A stretch of DNA of 63,307 nucleotides, counting the filler, from Craspedostauros australis (taxonomy: Eukaryota), in assembly GCA_030167865.1 (NCBI GenBank). It is 10 parts of 10 records of this genome, joined end to end, with 100 filler letters (N's around TTAATTAATTAA, not from the genome) between each part and the next. Parts side by side here need not be neighbours in the genome. Positions count along the whole stretch, not along the records: positions 59,197 to 63,307 come from JALAGF010004856.1; 9 more parts are not named here. One strand, 5' to 3'. Positions 59,197 to 63,307 of the stretch are shown in pieces. Numbering within the stretch: position 1 is the stretch's first letter; each line of letters opens with the position of its first letter. The notes under the pieces were generated by a model, which saw only the letters and a program-made list of their open reading frames with translations, had not been told where the DNA came from and made no database searches. A program made the position numbers and the translations under genes.

Positions 59197-62100
59197 AGAA
59201 GGCGCTATGGATGAAGTACTGGCATTTGTGAAGGACCTGGATGAGGCCCTGAAAGAGGGCGCCTCTCTTGATGACTCAACAGGCATGTTTCACGATGCGT
59301 ACTTCAACAAGATGTCTGCAGACATGAACCTATGCATGGTCAAGCTGATGGTCAGACTGGTTGCCACCTCCAACAAATTCTCTGGAGGGCTGTGGAAGTC
59401 CGAGCAGATCAAGGCAACACACAAGACAGCAGCATGGATTGGTGTGAGGATGGCACTCGTGATGGTCAAAGGCATGCCTCTGGACAACGAAAAAGAAGAA
59501 CAGGCGAAATCCCCCAACCTGGTGGCAACACAAGAAACAGTGAAAACTAAGACACAAAGTTGTGACGTTTCCGCACAAGCAGCCAAAACCGCAGGGCCTC
59601 CACAGTGTGAATGATGTGCTCAGCAAGTACCACAAGATGTTCTTTGACGTCCAACTCCCCATGACGCGTGATGGCCATGACTCCCCGCTGGTGCAGGTTA
59701 TTGCCAGTATGAACGCCCTTCATGCATTCATTTTCAGGGCGGACTCGAAGGCGCAGATCATTGCATGGCATAAGAACAATACAATGCTTCCATGGACCTC
59801 CACTGACGTACCATGGTCCACAAGGGAGACCCTGAAACAAATTGTGGAGAGTCTCTATGCAAAGACGGGATCCATGANNNNNNNNNNNNNNNNNNNTGCT
59901 CATAAGCAGGAGATTGAAGCATTTGACAATGACGGTACCCTGAGCATGGCAGCCATTCATTTTCGCAAGTCAGATATCCAGGAGCACAACATCATTGAAG
60001 CCAGCTGGTTGTTTGGAAGCCACAGCACTACCAACACTGATGATCTGATGAAGGCAATCACCATGAGCGAACTAGTCCAAAACAAGTTCACAGTTCAGTT
60101 GAGGATCCAGGAGATTCACCTTGTGAGAAAGCAAGGGCAACACCAGGTAGAAGGCGAAGACTNNNNNNNNNNNNNNNNNNNNNNNNNNNNNNNNNNNNNN
60201 NNNNNNNNNNNNNNNNNNNNNNNNNNNNNNNNNNNNNNNNNNNNNNNNNNNNNNNNNNNNNNNNNNNNGTTGCTTGACAAGCAGATGCGGTTCATGCCTG
60301 ACACGCTGGACCAAAGATTCCACCACCCCCTGGAGAACTTGCTAGTCTGAGCTCCATGGCAGCCCACCAGGTTCAATTCAAGAAGACTATGAAAACCCAA
60401 GGAGTGTACTCGATTGGACAGCTCGATGTGGAGTTGCCTATTTGGAATCTGACCCTGAGGGAGGTGATCATGAACCTCAGATCGTCCAGGAACCCAGACT
60501 TCGCTCTCTTCATGTCGATTGACACAGGCAGGATGGACCGCAACAGAACTGTCTTCGTATTCCATCCCAAACGGAGAATCGAAGCGCTGGAACTCATTTC
60601 GAAGCTCACCTTCTTTTGCAGCAAGAAGCTTGGCCATAATTGTCAAGGGTGGTTCACACCAGAGGTGTGGGCACAGAACCAGTATTATGAAGTAGACTGG
60701 GAGACAGGCCTCGTTCGGAGCAAGGAGGAAATGGGAGATGGGGCAGCTGGTCCAAGCTGGTGCCAACTTCCTTGACCTCGATGCAGAGGAAATGGTGGGG
60801 CTCACCCCAGCGGACGTGGGGTGGGAAGGATATGTGGAAAAGGATGGGAACATGAAACCTGTCCTGCTGTTGAAGTTTGAAGTGCAAATGGAAAGCAACC
60901 CCCACACTAAAAACGGGGACAACAACACTGTAGGCACATTTGCGATGGCATCAGTGGTCCAACAAGCTGATCACATCGCGCAAGCCATCAGGCGTACATC
61001 CCACCACAAGACTGCCAACCCAGGTAGGTTGGCGACGGCTGCCGAAGCAAAAACGGATTTCGACTTGTCTGCCCCAGAGAATACCGTTTCAGAAGGAGAT
61101 GACATGAGTGATGACAACAGTGATGACAGCGAGGAGGACAGCGAAGAAGATAGCAAGGATGGTAGCAGCGAAGAAGTGCATGAAAAGCAGGCATTCAAGT
61201 TAGTGGCCAAGAACAGCAGTGATGCCAAATCAGGTGGGTCCGACCTCATGGACACCAACAACCCAACAGGCAGCGTTCCCCAGAACGCAAGCCAAGAGTA
61301 AACAAAGTAAGAGTGACTAGTAAATACGTGGGAAGGAAGGGGCTCAGCAAAAATCCAGCAACAAAGAAACTACAGGCGCAGCCCCAACAAGAACGGCAGA
61401 AAACAAGCCAACACTATCAACAGGCAACAATAGGAACAGCAACAGCAGAGACACCAAAACACAACTCAGTCGAGCGCGCGACAACAACAGCAGCGACAAT
61501 TATCTCAACAGGCGGGAACACAGCGAAGGACCCAACAATACACACAGTATCACCACCACCAACAGTAGCCACAGAGCCAACAGAATAAACAACAACAATG
61601 AAGAAACAAAGAGAAACAGCAAAGAGCACAATGGCAACAACAGAACCAGCAACAGTGACACCAGCAGCACCTGTAACAGCTCGTAAAGAAAGTGTAAAAG
61701 TGCAGAGCACAACATCTACTACAACAAGACCAACAACAACAACAACATCAAACACATGAGGGCTATCCAAAGAAGTAGGCCCACCATGCGGAGCCAGCAA
61801 CCAACGCCGAATGCAGGTGAATCACTGGGCATAGGCAGTATGACAAGGCACCACTGCTCGCCCGAAGAAATGGCAACACCAACAGCGAACAGCTACAACT
61901 TCAGGAGGAACACGAACCCACGCACAGCCAAGGCAGCTCAACCACCTAAAATACCCAGAATGACAAGGATGGAAGCAGACCTGGCACAGGTCAGTGCTGC
62001 GGAACTCTAACGACATGACAAGAATCACACCAAAGTAAGTGGGCAAAACTATGCTTGTGGGGATGTGATGGCACACATATCCACCGAATCAATACGGATC

Positions 62101-62415
62101 ATGTTCCAGAACGTCTCTCAACTCCCACCTCTTGCATGTCAACTCAAGAACAAAGTTATCCTGGACTTTATAAAGCGAAGCGAAGCGGATATGCTATGCA
62201 TGGCCAAGATAAATGTCAATTGGGACCATGTGCGCGCAGGTGACCAGTGGCAGGAACGGACCAGGCAAGCCTTACCAAGATCGAAGCGTATCTTTGCCTA
62301 CAACACCCTCATGACAGAATGGGCAACACACAGACCCACAGCAGAAACGCCTATGAGGAGAAGGAAACGAAGCCTATTAGTAGAATTAGAAAAAGTAATA
62401 GCATCAAGGAAATAG
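59197..62415 (+). mobile_element. Degenerate non-LTR retrotransposon (LINE): broken ORF1 followed by the start of an APE endonuclease ORF2
   Basis: 62065-62415 IRIMFQNV...EADMLCMAKINVNW matches the APE N-terminus, with the catalytic E replaced by K. Upstream are frameshifted ORF1-like pieces (DIQ...SWLFGS, LTLREVIM...LFMSID, GWFTPE). No RT follows. Confidence 0.65.
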
Positions 62416-62975
62416 AGGTGGAGAGGGGACAGGTGTGATGCCATAAGATGATGATGGGTGTTCGACAACAACGCAAACCTCTGTTGCTCAGTTTTGTGAG
62501 TTGTGACCAGTCACGCCACTGGCCACTCGTTGGTTTAAGAAATTGTAGTGTTGGGAGCATTGCCGATACTCCCGGGATCATGCAAACACGAGTCATTCTG
62601 GCCAGAAAGACAGCAAAAACTCTACAACTAGTGCTATCGGTTTGCCGAGTGAGTGAGGTGGAAGGTAGAGAATGCGTCCGGACGCAAGAAAAACGTCATT
62701 ATGGATATGGTTGGAGCGGCAATGGAAGGGTGTCAGGAATCGGGTGTTCTGAAACACCATATTGCCGCACCTCCCAGCACCGTCCGGTACTTTTGTTAGT
62801 CATGGATAAATACGACGGACAGACCGCTCATGGAACCCAATGACGTTTCCAATCGAGTCCCGCGTAACCAAACTTCGTGCTGAAGCAATAATTTGAATTT
62901 GTGTAGACGTTATATTAGCGTTACGCGTGTCAGTCTGTTTCCGTCTCAGAGAGCACGGCTGGCGTGTTTCAGCTT

Positions 62976-63101
62976 GATTCAGAATCAGGCTCCGATTCAG
63001 AACGGATTCAGAATTTCAGAACGGATTCAGANTTTCAGAACGGATTCAGAATCGAGTCAGAACTTCAGAACTTCAGAATTTTTCCATTCTGATTCTGAAT
63101 C
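62976..63101. repeat. 126-bp MITE-like unit: 13-bp terminal inverted repeats enclosing TTCAGAA repeats
   Basis: GATTCAGAATCAG (62976-62988) and CTGATTCTGAATC (63089-63101); interior made of (GA)TTCAGAA units. Confidence 0.6.
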
Positions 63102-63307
63102 GAGAGTGTCCCTCCGAGTGATCCCTGTGGGGGCTTCGTCGCAGACACACACAAGTTTCCTTCTGTCTGTTGGCTTGTCCGGGCGCGTCATTTCCGCTCA
63201 TGTTGTTCGCCCACACAGAAATGCGAATGCTCTACTGTACACAAACACAAACACAGAGAGAGCAACAGCCAACATACTGGGTGTGACATCAACAACATGA
63301 CCACAAG

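Noticed and set aside
62976..63101. Heat-shock element array
   Set aside because: Spacing is TTCnGAA, not the nTTCnnGAAn of canonical HSEs.

Overview
Eukaryotic DNA, almost certainly from a diatom. The evidence is GT-AG introns, bipartite 'xxA|FAP'-type plastid presequences, CoDi-type Copia elements and diatom-style type II LRR proteins. The window is not one contiguous locus: nine 100-nt linkers (N44-TTAATTAATTAA-N44) join ten separate contigs, so gene neighbourhoods are only meaningful within a contig. Contig 1 (1-28055) is gene-rich: GT10 fucosyltransferase, PIG-Z-like GPI mannosyltransferase, a 3-exon plastid-targeted Hsp100/Clp ATPase, three LRR receptor-like genes, an acidic plastid protein ending in a SelW/Rdx-like domain, a COPI-associated membrane protein and a CoDi-type Ty1/Copia element. 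Contig 5 (38017-48570) has a repeat-rich type II membrane protein, a PfkB kinase and two tandem cytochrome P450s. The other contigs are mostly repeats: Copia fragments, degenerate LINEs, a short-LTR element, a 181-bp satellite and a PIF/Harbinger-like element. The most notable leads are: (1) an intact Harbinger-like transposase paired with a divergent gene that appears to fuse a helical DNA-binding-like domain to an alpha-crystallin/HSP20-like domain, with two CpG-rich 11-bp arrays between them (candidate transposon-encoded chromatin/anti-silencing module); (2) Copia gag and pol in frame across a single UGA-C followed by a hairpin; (3) a nucleosome-sized satellite with a dyad in each monomer; (4) a length-conserved bipartite motif in the cytosolic tails of two LRR proteins; (5) a Clp ATPase lacking both the M-domain and the ClpP-docking loop. 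All domain calls were made by eye from motifs; no database search was run.
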